58,420 bases of DNA from Chloroflexota bacterium (lineage in GTDB: Bacteria > Chloroflexota > Dehalococcoidia > UBA2247 > JAUWOP01): assembly GCA_030612045.1 (NCBI GenBank), contig JAUWOP010000003.1, forward strand, positions 1 through 58,420, given 5' to 3'. Below are positions 10,091 through 17,613 of the stretch, one piece after another; the stretch's first letter is position 1, and each line of letters begins with the position of its first letter. The position numbers were made by a program, and so were the translations under genes. Under the pieces are notes generated by a model. The model saw nothing but the letters and a program-made list of their open reading frames with translations. It did not search any database and was not told where the DNA came from.

Positions 10091-10299
10091 AATACCTCCC
10101 TGTTCGAGAGGCGAATTAGTAGGGAAGCTTCGGAAGTTAGGTTTTGAAGGTCCGTTCAGTGGGGGGGCACAGCTATATGAAACGAGGTGAGTACAGACAG
10201 ATTATTCCAAGTCCTCATGGGAAAGAGATATCTTCCGAGTTAGTGAAGGAAATCTTGAAGCAGGCTAACATTTCTGTAGACGAATGGCTAGCCTTCTAA
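10083..10299 (+). pseudogene. hicA: HicA-family toxin gene, frameshifted at a G7 run
   Basis: MTKIPPCSRGELVGKLRKLGFEGPFSGG, then the frame is lost at GGGGGGG (10161..10167). The -1 frame continues HSYMKRGEYRQIIPSPHGKEISSELVKEILKQANISVDEWLAF*, which is HicA-like. Span is 217 nt, i.e. 3n+1. Confidence 0.7.
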
Positions 10300-10500
10300 T
10301 AAGGTGCTGCACCTGACTACCAGAGCGTCGGCGATTTGCCAGTCTTATTCTGCTAACCGGGGGCTCTCGCTCATTAGGGGCGGGTCGGCATATCGCTCTG
10401 GTAGCAGCTTAATTCTGTCGTTAAGCGGTCAGGAACTTGGCAAGTGGTGTAAAGACCTAGTGTAGTGTCTCCTAAATGACTCGACAATGAAGCGCCCCAT

Positions 10501-10588
10501 GTCATTCCCGCCCCGTATCAAGTACGGGGTAAACTCCAGCAGGAATCTACACCCACCCCACCTGGATTCCTGCTTCCGCAGGAATGAC
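10501..10588. repeat. family-D palindromic repeat (GTCATTCC...GGAATC / GGATTCC...GGAATGAC)
   Basis: GTCATTCCCGCCCCGTATCAAGTACGGGGTAAACTCCAGCAGGAATC ... TGGATTCCTGCTTCCGCAGGAATGAC. Related modules flank the GIY-YIG gene and sit in frame in ppdK. ORFs 10429..10677 and 10487..10822 are artefacts of it. Confidence 0.6.
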
Positions 10589-10711
10589 AGTGGGTGCAAT
10601 GGCCTGAGATACGGCTTCAAAATACCTTGTCTGCTATGTGTCCCAACAAACTCAAACTGCAATGGTTTCTGCCGCATACTTTACTCTGAAAATAGACTAA
10701 CCCCCACATCT

Positions 10712-10786
10712 GTCATTGCGAGACACGTAGTGCCGAAGCAATCTCATCCCCCACCACCGAGATTGCTTCGTTTCGCTCGCAATGAC
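10712..10786. repeat. family-A palindromic repeat, full copy
   Basis: GTCATTGCGAG...GAAGCAATCTC...GAGATTGCTTCG...GCTCGCAATGAC, followed at 10834 by GTGAACGGTTACC. Confidence 0.7.
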
Positions 10787-10841
10787 ATAGGAATAAAACC
10801 CTTTCACTTGAGGAAACATTAGTAATCAAGTGAGTGAACGG

Positions 10842-10952
10842 TTACCACCTTTCAACTAAGCCTTCTCCATTCACTTCACCAAATAGTGCACCGCAACGAC
10901 TACAGAAATTGCCTTCGTCTTCAAAGCCGCAATTGGTGCATTTTACTTTCAA
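10842..10952 (-). CDS. 36-aa zinc-ribbon peptide, translationally coupled to the upstream ORF
   Basis: The TTG start overlaps the TGA of ORF 10949..11761 and sits 6 nt after GGAGG. Sequence (M)KVKCTNCGFEDEGNFCSRCGALFGEVNGEGLVERW has CxxC-x9-CxxC. Too short for the ORF track. Confidence 0.35.
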   Translation of the reverse strand: MKVKCTNCGFEDEGNFCSRCGALFGEVNGEGLVERW

Positions 10953-11761
10953 GGCTTACCTCCTTCCTGCTGGGTGTTGAATCTTATGCTTCCGGGAGCC
11001 TCCAAAATCTCTATATAAAACTTAACCACAGAAGTCAATGTATCTGTAAACTTAAACATAGCGGGTTTAATAAACCCTACCAAGTCTTCAACAGAGTACT
11101 CAGGTGCATCGCCTCCCCCACGGAGTATACGGCCTTTACCATCAGGCAAAGTTTCACATCTTCTCCTTCGCTTGTAAACGGTGCCCATATCTGCTACAGT
11201 AGGCGGTTGCTCATGAACCCACCTATTTCTGTACCTCATTGTGGCTTGCCACTCATTCGAGTCTGCAAGCTTGGTTACTTCTTTTGTAATTGGATGGTTT
11301 GTTTTTTCCTTTCGTAGATAATTACCTACAACTGATTGTTGGCTTGTTCTTTTCTCTCTATAAGGTTTCAACTGTTGGTCACAAATTTGCAGCATCATAA
11401 TAATTGCGTTTGCCAAATGCTCACCCGCAGAATAGAGTCTTAATGCTGCGTTATCTGAATAGAAACGACCGAAAAACGTAGCCGACATTTTATTTGGGGG
11501 CTTTTCTCTCTCCAGATACCATAACTGATGGGCAAGGACTTCAGAAAGCGCGTATTCAGCTTCCTCAAGAGTATATAGTGCATCCAGAAAACAGACCGTG
11601 GCTACTGGGATATCGCTTTCTGGTGGGAAATGTCGGAAGCGGAGAGAGTCAGGAGCGACCCCGAGCACTACCTCTCCAAGTTTACCTATTTCAGGTAACT
11701 CCTGAGATATTCGCTCCATATCAGAGTCGTCAAGCCGTCCTCTGCTCATAGCCATAACCAT
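10949..11761 (-). CDS. hypothetical protein with HEPN-like Rx4-6H motif
   Basis: 270-aa ORF immediately downstream of the restriction-methylase gene on the same strand. Largely helical-looking. Contains MRYRNRWVHEQ (R-x4-H / R-x6-H) at 11213..11236. No other motif recognised. Confidence 0.5.
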   Translation of the reverse strand: MVMAMSRGRLDDSDMERISQELPEIGKLGEVVLGVAPDSLRFRHFPPESDIPVATVCFLDALYTLEEAEYALSEVLAHQLWYLEREKPPNKMSATFFGRFYSDNAALRLYSAGEHLANAIIMMLQICDQQLKPYREKRTSQQSVVGNYLRKEKTNHPITKEVTKLADSNEWQATMRYRNRWVHEQPPTVADMGTVYKRRRRCETLPDGKGRILRGGGDAPEYSVEDLVGFIKPAMFKFTDTLTSVVKFYIEILEAPGSIRFNTQQEGGKP

Positions 11762-11814
11762 AGTGTCACCTCTCTATGTGTCCTGCTGCACCACTGCTTC
11801 ACCTTTGCACCTCT

Positions 11815-13107
11815 TCACTCCATCGGCCACCCGGGAATCAAAGCGTCTATCTCCCCCATCAGGCGGATGGTTTCTTTAAGGGCGACGACAATCTTCTGGT
11901 AGTGGAGCAGGTCATCAAAGGTTAAGGTTCTTCCTTTTCTATCCTTGAGCCACTTCTGGCAGACCTGATAGCCGCCGATGTGGAAATTCCATACCTCTGG
12001 GGAGACACCTTCAAAATACTGGCTCTTGTTGATGTAGACTCGCTGGTTAGCTTCATCATATCTGACTGTCTCCACCTGATTCGTGCCCACGACAGGATAC
12101 CTGGTGATAAGGTTATTCAGCTTGGGGGATTCCATAAGATGGAGAGATACAAGCTCAGCGCCTTCGGCTGCCAGCGCCTTAAAAAGCTCTCTATCCGAGG
12201 TGAGCGGCAATCTGGGGAAGTCTATCTTCAGGAACTCAGCATAGCGAGTGCGGTGGGTGGGCGAGTGAAAGACGGCGTAGGCATAATTAAAGATATCCTC
12301 AGGACCGAAGGTTTCTTCAAGGTCACCTTTGCCATCTTCGACAAACTTTAGCCCTAGCTTTTCTGAAAAAGTGTTGATGAACTCAGGGTTTAAGTTGGGG
12401 TGGCGACCTTCCTCAAACTGCATCTCGCCTTTATTGGGGTAGAGATAGAGGGGAAGTAAATACTGAATGCCTTTGTTGCTGTAGAACGCTCGGTTATCCA
12501 CTATAAACTGTGTGACACCAAAATGTGAATAAGGCTCGTTGAGAGCTACCTGGCGCATAGCGATTAGTGCCATATTCTTCCCTGCCAACATATGCCGCAT
12601 GACCTCGGGGCGGGTGCGTTCAATAATAGCGTTGTGATAGAGGATAGGGCGAGTATCAAAAGGGCGGTAAAGACATCTTATGAAGCCCTTTTGCCAATCT
12701 TTGTCCTGACGAATAGCTTTGCGTGCCTCTGAAACTGTCCATCCTCCTTTATCCCTTAGCCCAAACTGCTCTCGAACCTCATCATCTGAAAAAGCAACCT
12801 GCCTAAAAACGGCGATGCGCTCATGCAAAGTGGCTTCATCAAAATCCAGCACGAAGTGGTCTCTGGAGGTAACAATGCCCACGCTATTCACAGGGAAAAC
12901 ATCGGTAATTTTCCAGCCTTGCTCGTATTCTGGCAAGAGTTCTTCATGCCTCGGCACGAAGAAGTAGAATGGGCTGTGAGGTTTTAGCTTCACCCAATCC
13001 GTTGAAGTAATATCCGTCTCGACAAGTGCGTAGTATTTGGTTCCCTGCTGCGGATTAGGCCAGTTACCCCGAAGACCCCACAGGTCAGCGTGATATATCT
13101 CTGCCAT
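11815..13107 (-). pseudogene. C-terminal fragment of a split single-chain (type IIG/IIL/ISP-like) restriction-methylase
   Basis: 430 aa with YRPFDTRPILY, LPLYLYPN, FHSPTHRTRYAEFLKIDFPRLPL, IGGYQVCQKWLKDRKGRTL. This is the C-terminal specificity-type region seen in type ISP / YeeA-like enzymes. It has no methylase motifs of its own. Confidence 0.75.
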
Positions 13108-13200
13108 TCTTAATGCCTCTCTTTACTTTGCGAAGCGGCCACAGGTAATTTGGGCAAAGCTACAAAACCTGTATCAGGTACTGTAGCCAGCACGAATCTT

Positions 13201-13407
13201 CTATTTCTGTAGTTCGTAGTGAACCGGCAATAAAGCCTCAAGATTCATATGTCTGGAAGCATCTAGAATTTCAATTCCAACTATCTTACCTTCGCCCCCA
13301 ATATCAAGAACGATTTCATCTGTAACCCTTCTGTTTACAACTTGCTGCTTTCGCTTGTCAAACCTGATGTAAAGTAGATCGGTTTTATCATCATAGTGAA
13401 TCTCCAT
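13201..13407 (-). CDS. DUF2283-family protein (putative antitoxin)
   Basis: MEIHYDDKTDLLYIRFDKRK...IVGIEILDASRHM, the typical DUF2283 pattern. The ATG lies 2 nt after the stop of the upstream DUF4258-like ORF. Confidence 0.65.
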   Translation of the reverse strand: MEIHYDDKTDLLYIRFDKRKQQVVNRRVTDEIVLDIGGEGKIVGIEILDASRHMNLEALLPVHYELQK

Positions 13408-13409
13408 CC

Positions 13410-13673
13410 TCACTCCTCCCATTTGCCATAGAATGCGTAGACTGTAACTGTTATGACAGGGTCCTCTCCGGTAGTATAAATGACCTCCACTCGCTTTTGC
13501 TCATAAAACCTTCCACCGCGCGTTTGATTGAAGGGATATACCTTTGCTTTGCCTAACCGACCATGCTTTGCCTCTATAAGGCTACCGGTTTCTATAACAT
13601 CTCTGATCTCTGCCTCGTTTGCGCCCCGCTCTTCGGCACGCTCTAATGTGTGTGGGTCAATTTGAATCTTCAA
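13410..13673 (-). CDS. DUF4258-like protein (putative toxin)
   Basis: 87 aa with HTLERAEERGANEAEIRDVIETGSLIE. Paired with DUF2283 as in known DUF4258/DUF2283 two-gene modules. TTG start. Confidence 0.55.
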   Translation of the reverse strand: MKIQIDPHTLERAEERGANEAEIRDVIETGSLIEAKHGRLGKAKVYPFNQTRGGRFYEQKRVEVIYTTGEDPVITVTVYAFYGKWEE

Positions 13674-13690
13674 CTATCTTTCCTTCCCCT

Positions 13691-13725
13691 GTGGAAGTTT
13701 TACCATGATGCTGATAGCTACCCCT
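13691..13725. repeat. 35-nt direct repeat of the methylase gene segment (copy 1)
   Basis: GTGGAAGTTTTACCATGATGCTGATAGCTACCCCT, 33/35 identical to 14160..14194. On the minus strand it encodes KGVAISIMVKLPQGKER*. Confidence 0.8.
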
Positions 13726-13789
13726 TTACTCTGTAGTTGAAGAATAAACCTTCACCCACACAACCATTCCGACGGAAGTCGGAATCCAG

Positions 13790-14080
13790 TCACGATAAAA
13801 TCTCCTCGTATAGGTCTTGCCATTCCGGATTGGCTTTTTCAATCAACTCTAATTTCCAGCGCCTTTTCCATTCCTTAATCTGTTTCTCACGTCGAATGGC
13901 GCCTTCACGTTCACCACATTCCTCAAAGTACACGAGCATGTGAACACCATATTTCTTGGTGAACCCTTCTGCGAAATCGTTTTTATGCGCATAAACACGT
14001 TGCGGAAGGTTACTGGTAACACCCACATAGAGAGTCCCGTTGCGCCTGCTTGCAAGAATATAAACATAATAGCTACTCAT
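13790..14080 (-). CDS. GIY-YIG nuclease family protein (small URI-domain type)
   Basis: MSSYYVYILASRRNGTLYVGVTSNLPQRVYAHK...REKQIKEWKRRWK. Probable ATG at 14080, overlapping the stop of the upstream fragment (ATGA). Bracketed by inverted family-D modules at 13765..13790 and 14088..14138. Confidence 0.8.
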   Translation of the reverse strand: MSSYYVYILASRRNGTLYVGVTSNLPQRVYAHKNDFAEGFTKKYGVHMLVYFEECGEREGAIRREKQIKEWKRRWKLELIEKANPEWQDLYEEILS

Positions 14081-15981
14081 ATAGCAACTGGATTCCGTTT
14101 CCCGTATCGAGGTACGGGACAAGCTTCAACGGAATGGAGTGTCTTATCACTTGCCTCCGGTGGAAGTTTTACCATGATGCTAATGGCTACCCCTTGCTGG
14201 ATGTCAAATACATTCTCGTCCTTGCTGCCATCGGGGGTAACCTCTCGCTTCTTGGTGTTGCCGTGAAGGTCCAGGATATAAATCTCATCAAAGGTATCCA
14301 TCAGGGATTGCCTCATCCCTCGGAAGGTGGGATTATCCAGATAGGCGGGAGTGGTGATGAAGGCGAGTATCCCCTGCCCTGTCTGCTCAATCCGCCATTG
14401 CCCGAATCGGATAAACTTCACATAGTCATCCTGCAGCCACTTTGGGTTCTTTTCACCTAAGGGCTTGCCATCGACAATCTTGTATCGCTCAACCAGTTGC
14501 CTTGCCCAAGCACCTTTATTGGCTGAATGACCAGAATACGGTGGATTGCCCAGCACCACCATGATGGGTTTGTCTTTCTTAATCTCAGCGGCGGCATTGG
14601 CTTCCTCAGTTATCCAATTAGCAAATAGAGCCTCCGAATGTTTAATGGCCTCCTCCATGGTGTTAGTGAGATAGATCCCCAGGCGCTGGTCGCTCCTGAA
14701 CTGATAGCCGGTCTCTTTTAGAAGTAACCCCAGTTTCAAGTGTGCCATAGCATAAGGAGCCATGAGAATCTCAAAGCCAAATATGCGTGACAGGAGCTTC
14801 TCAGCGACATAGTCATTCCAGAGCCCCGTCTGCCCCTGACCGATAATAGCATCGTGAACCTCATTTATTACCATATAGAGAAAGGTAGCTGTGCCTACTG
14901 CGGGGTCCAGTATAAGAACGCTGGGGTCGGCTAATCCCTGGGGCTTGTCGAAGCGCGTCTTGAGCAGGTAATCAACGGAGCGCACGATATAAGAAACCAC
15001 CGGTTCCGGGGTATAGTAGACACCGCGCATCTCTCGCACCCTGGGGTCGTAGGCGGCAAGAAAAGTCTCGTAGAAGTGCACCACCGGGTCTTCCTTAGCA
15101 GTGCGCTTGCCAAAGTCCTTAAGGATTGCCTCCATATCAGCCTGGGCAAGCAACTGTGCCAGGTCGTCCACCAGCCAGGCAATGCGGTCGTCCAAATCGG
15201 GGCCGGCAATGTGGTTAAAGAGCCTTCTTAGAAAGGGATTGGTCTTGGGCAAGAGGTAGGCAGCGTTCTGGCGAGTGAAGCCTATTCCTGTAGGGTGATT
15301 ACAGCGGGCGGCAAAGAGTCCATAGGCAATGGTCTGGGCATACATATCAGCAAATTGCCCCACGGAGAGGTCGGGTATGAGATTATCCCTGAAGGCGACA
15401 AATTGAGCGTGGAGCGAACCACTTCCTGGCTCTGTTTCAAAGGCAGCAATTATGAGGTCACGAATCAGGTGAGCCAGGCGAGCCATGCGCTGGGCTAATT
15501 CCCTGGGTGTGCCTACAGGTTCGGCACGATGTGAGAAGAAATTATCAAAGAGCCAGGTAACTGCTTCTATGCCTGCTTTATCACGCCTTACCTTGCCATC
15601 CCGGGTCGGCGTGCCCAGGCGGGCGGAGAGACGCCGTTCACCATCCGTATACCAGCGAAACTCAAGGTAATCGGTCAGGATAAGGTTGGTGAGGGAATCT
15701 CGATAACGCTGGAGTTGCTCGGAGCGCTCAGCCTCATCCAGGCTCTTACCTATATCTTTAGCTTCAACATAGCCAATGGTAGTCGAACCATTGGTAATAA
15801 CGAAATCTGGGGCGCCGCACTCTATACGCCGCGGCTCATTTGTAGCCACTATGCCGTCGCCTAAAGATTCAAGCAGCACCTTGAGTGCAGGACGATAGGT
15901 ATGCTCGGTAGCGTTGCCTAACGCTAACTCTTTCTCGATAGTACGAATATAGGTAGGGAATGCTTTCATAGTTAGTTGCAT
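14077..15981 (-). pseudogene. N-terminal fragment of the split restriction-methylase (nuclease + N6-adenine methylase domains)
   Basis: PD-(D/E)xK-like GAPDFVI...GYVEAKDIG near the N-terminus. SAM motif I ILDPAVGTATF and motif IV VLGNPPYSG. The last about 20 codons (TLHSVEACPVPRYGKRNPVAI) are read from the inserted repeat. Confidence 0.8.
14160..14194. repeat. 35-nt direct repeat of the methylase gene segment (copy 2, in the gene)
   Basis: GTGGAAGTTTTACCATGATGCTAATGGCTACCCCT. Encodes QGVAISIMVKLPP on the minus strand. Confidence 0.8.
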
Positions 15982-16001
15982 AAATCCTCATACCATTTCC
16001 C

Positions 16002-16092
16002 GTCATTGCGAGGAGCGTGGCGACGAAGCAATCTCAGAAATAGCGGCGAAGTGGATGACTACGAGATTGCTTCGCCTTCGGCTCGCAATGAC
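16002..16092. repeat. family-A palindromic repeat
   Basis: GTCATTGCGAGGAGCG...GAAGCAATCTC...GAGATTGCTTCGCC...GCTCGCAATGAC, directly upstream of the methylase start. Confidence 0.7.
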
Positions 16093-16116
16093 AGGTAGAA
16101 TTTCATCGTCCGTAAC

Positions 16117-16344
16117 CTAATTTAACATTGTCATGATAAATAGAACGATAACCTGAATAATGGCAGCGATAAACATGAGAATGGTTAGCCCGATTAGTAT
16201 ATTCGTTTGCTTACGCTGTTCCCTCCTCATAATTTCATCTCGGTAATGATTCAATGAGGACACAACATTTCCTGCTTTCTGGTCATACAACTCCCAAAGT
16301 TTACTTTTCGGTAACTTTCTTAACTCACCAAGTTTCATAACCAT
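16117..16344 (-). CDS. small membrane-anchored hypothetical protein
   Basis: 75 aa. GGAGGAG RBS. One C-terminal hydrophobic helix NILIGLTILMFIAAIIQVIVLFIMTML. No homolog recognised. Confidence 0.4.
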   Translation of the reverse strand: MVMKLGELRKLPKSKLWELYDQKAGNVVSSLNHYRDEIMRREQRKQTNILIGLTILMFIAAIIQVIVLFIMTMLN

Positions 16345-16355
16345 TGGTCTCCTCC

Positions 16356-16418
16356 TTATCTAAGCCATTTGAGGAGCACCGAGGCATCTATAACCGCCAG
16401 CTTTGATTCTTGTGGCAT
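16356..16418 (-). pseudogene. truncated PIN-domain (VapC-like) toxin start
   Basis: 5 nt after the RHH stop: MPQESKLAVIDASVLLKWLR*. The (A)VIDASVLL pattern is the PIN N-terminal Asp strand. It ends after 20 codons at the RBS of the next ORF. Confidence 0.4.
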
Positions 16419-16423
16419 ATTTT

Positions 16424-16693
16424 CTATCTCCGCCGGCCTTCCTCAACAAGTTCAGCGGTAGAAACGCCGATGGTGCCTATCTCCTCCCTGAGCCTATCCA
16501 TGCGAGATAATAAAGCCATCTTATTCTCATCCACATCCTTAGCGCTTATCTCGCCATCTCTCATCAAGCGTTCTTCAATGGCCTGGGCACAGTAAGCGGT
16601 CGTGGTCAATCCACGTTTGGCCGCCGCCACTTTGATCAGCCTCTTAATCTCCTCATCTTTAAGGTAAAGACCCAGTCTTGCTTTGTTTGCCAT
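16424..16693 (-). CDS. ribbon-helix-helix protein (VapB/CopG-like antitoxin or regulator)
   Basis: MANKARLGLYLKDEEIKRLIKVAAAKRGLTTTAYCAQAIEERL fits beta-strand then two helices. The tail STAELVEEGRRR resembles VapB tails. Confidence 0.6.
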   Translation of the reverse strand: MANKARLGLYLKDEEIKRLIKVAAAKRGLTTTAYCAQAIEERLMRDGEISAKDVDENKMALLSRMDRLREEIGTIGVSTAELVEEGRRR

Positions 16694-16744
16694 TCTTATC
16701 ACCTCTAAGTTGAGTTTAGCGATTAGACGCTATGTTGTCAAACT

Positions 16745-17016
16745 GTAACCGTTCACACGGTGTCATTGCGAGCATCCGACCCGCCGCTGCGCTGGGCGGG
16801 TTATATCAGAAAGGAACTCTGAGTTCCTTAGGAGGAGCGTAGCGATGAGTAATCCCCCTAAATCCCCCTTTAGAAAAGGGGGAGGCTTACATTCTTTTCC
16901 CCCTTTAGAAAAGGGGGACTAAGGGGGATTTGATGGAGGATGAGATTGCTTCGCTTCGCTCGTAATGACAGAAGGCGAAGGGCTCGCAATGACATGAGAG
17001 TGGGTGAACGGTTACC
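16745..17016. repeat. composite nested repeat (GTAACCGTTCAC, family A arms, a GC-rich hairpin module, two family-B units)
   Basis: GTAACCGTTCAC...GTCATTGCGAGC + CATCCGACCCGCCGCTGCGCTGGGCGGGTTATATCAGAAAGGAACTCTGAGTTCCTTAGGAGGAGCGTAGCG (inverted copy at 56570..56640) + duplicated TAATCCCCCTAAATCCCCCTTTAGAAAAGGGGG... + GAGATTGCTTCG...GCTCGCAATGAC...GTGAACGGTTACC. Confidence 0.7.
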
Positions 17017-17100
17017 ACCTATCTATGTGAATGTGAAGAGGGGCATTACTAGCTATCAATCTGTTTGATTAGCATCCCAGGGTATGCTATTATGTAACAA

Positions 17101-17613
17101 ATGGTAGCTCTTGAGTTAAACTCTGTTATCAACAACTGTAAGCATTACGAGGAAATAAACCTGCATATCCCAAATGAAGAGTGGCTACGCCGTGTGGTGA
17201 ATGTCAGCTTAGATATCGCTAGTTCTAATCAGTGTAAGCACTACGAGAAGGTGGAGCTAAGCCTGGTAATTAGTGACGACCAGACCATGCGAGTCCTTAA
17301 CAGGCAATATCGAGGCATAGATACATCTACTGATGTACTTGCCTTCGCTTTCCATGAGGAAGAGCAGCAGGAGGTGGCTCACCCTTTTGTATCGCCACCT
17401 GACGGTGTTCTCCACCTTGGTGAGATAGTCATCTCCTATCCTGATGCAGTAAGTCAGGCGTCAAAACTGAGTCACTCTGTGGAAAGAGAGATAGCAACTC
17501 TTGTTACTCATGGTACACTACATCTTCTGGGCTATACGCACAATGAGTCCTCCGATACACAGGAGATGCAAGCCCTGGAAGGGGAGATATTGGGCAGGAT
17601 TGGGTTAGGATGA
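17101..17613 (+). CDS. ybeY: rRNA maturation endoribonuclease YbeY
   Basis: STDVLAFAF and HGTLHLLGYTH (HxxxHxxxxxH metal site). The N-terminus contains a short internal duplication (CKHYEEINLHI / CKHYEKVELSLVI). Confidence 0.85.
   Translation: MVALELNSVINNCKHYEEINLHIPNEEWLRRVVNVSLDIASSNQCKHYEKVELSLVISDDQTMRVLNRQYRGIDTSTDVLAFAFHEEEQQEVAHPFVSPPDGVLHLGEIVISYPDAVSQASKLSHSVEREIATLVTHGTLHLLGYTHNESSDTQEMQALEGEILGRIGLG

Noticed and set aside
10429-10822. Two overlapping ORFs (82 and 111 aa) in the 10.4-10.8 kb spacer
   Set aside because: They are translations of family-D and family-A palindromic repeats (SFLRKQESR and VIARHVVPKQSH-type peptides) on both strands, so they are not genes.
16745-17016. 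CRISPR array among the recurring intergenic repeats (also 1533..2035 and 56481..56667)
   Set aside because: The repeats are palindromic, nested and irregularly spaced. There is no constant repeat/spacer periodicity and no cas genes.
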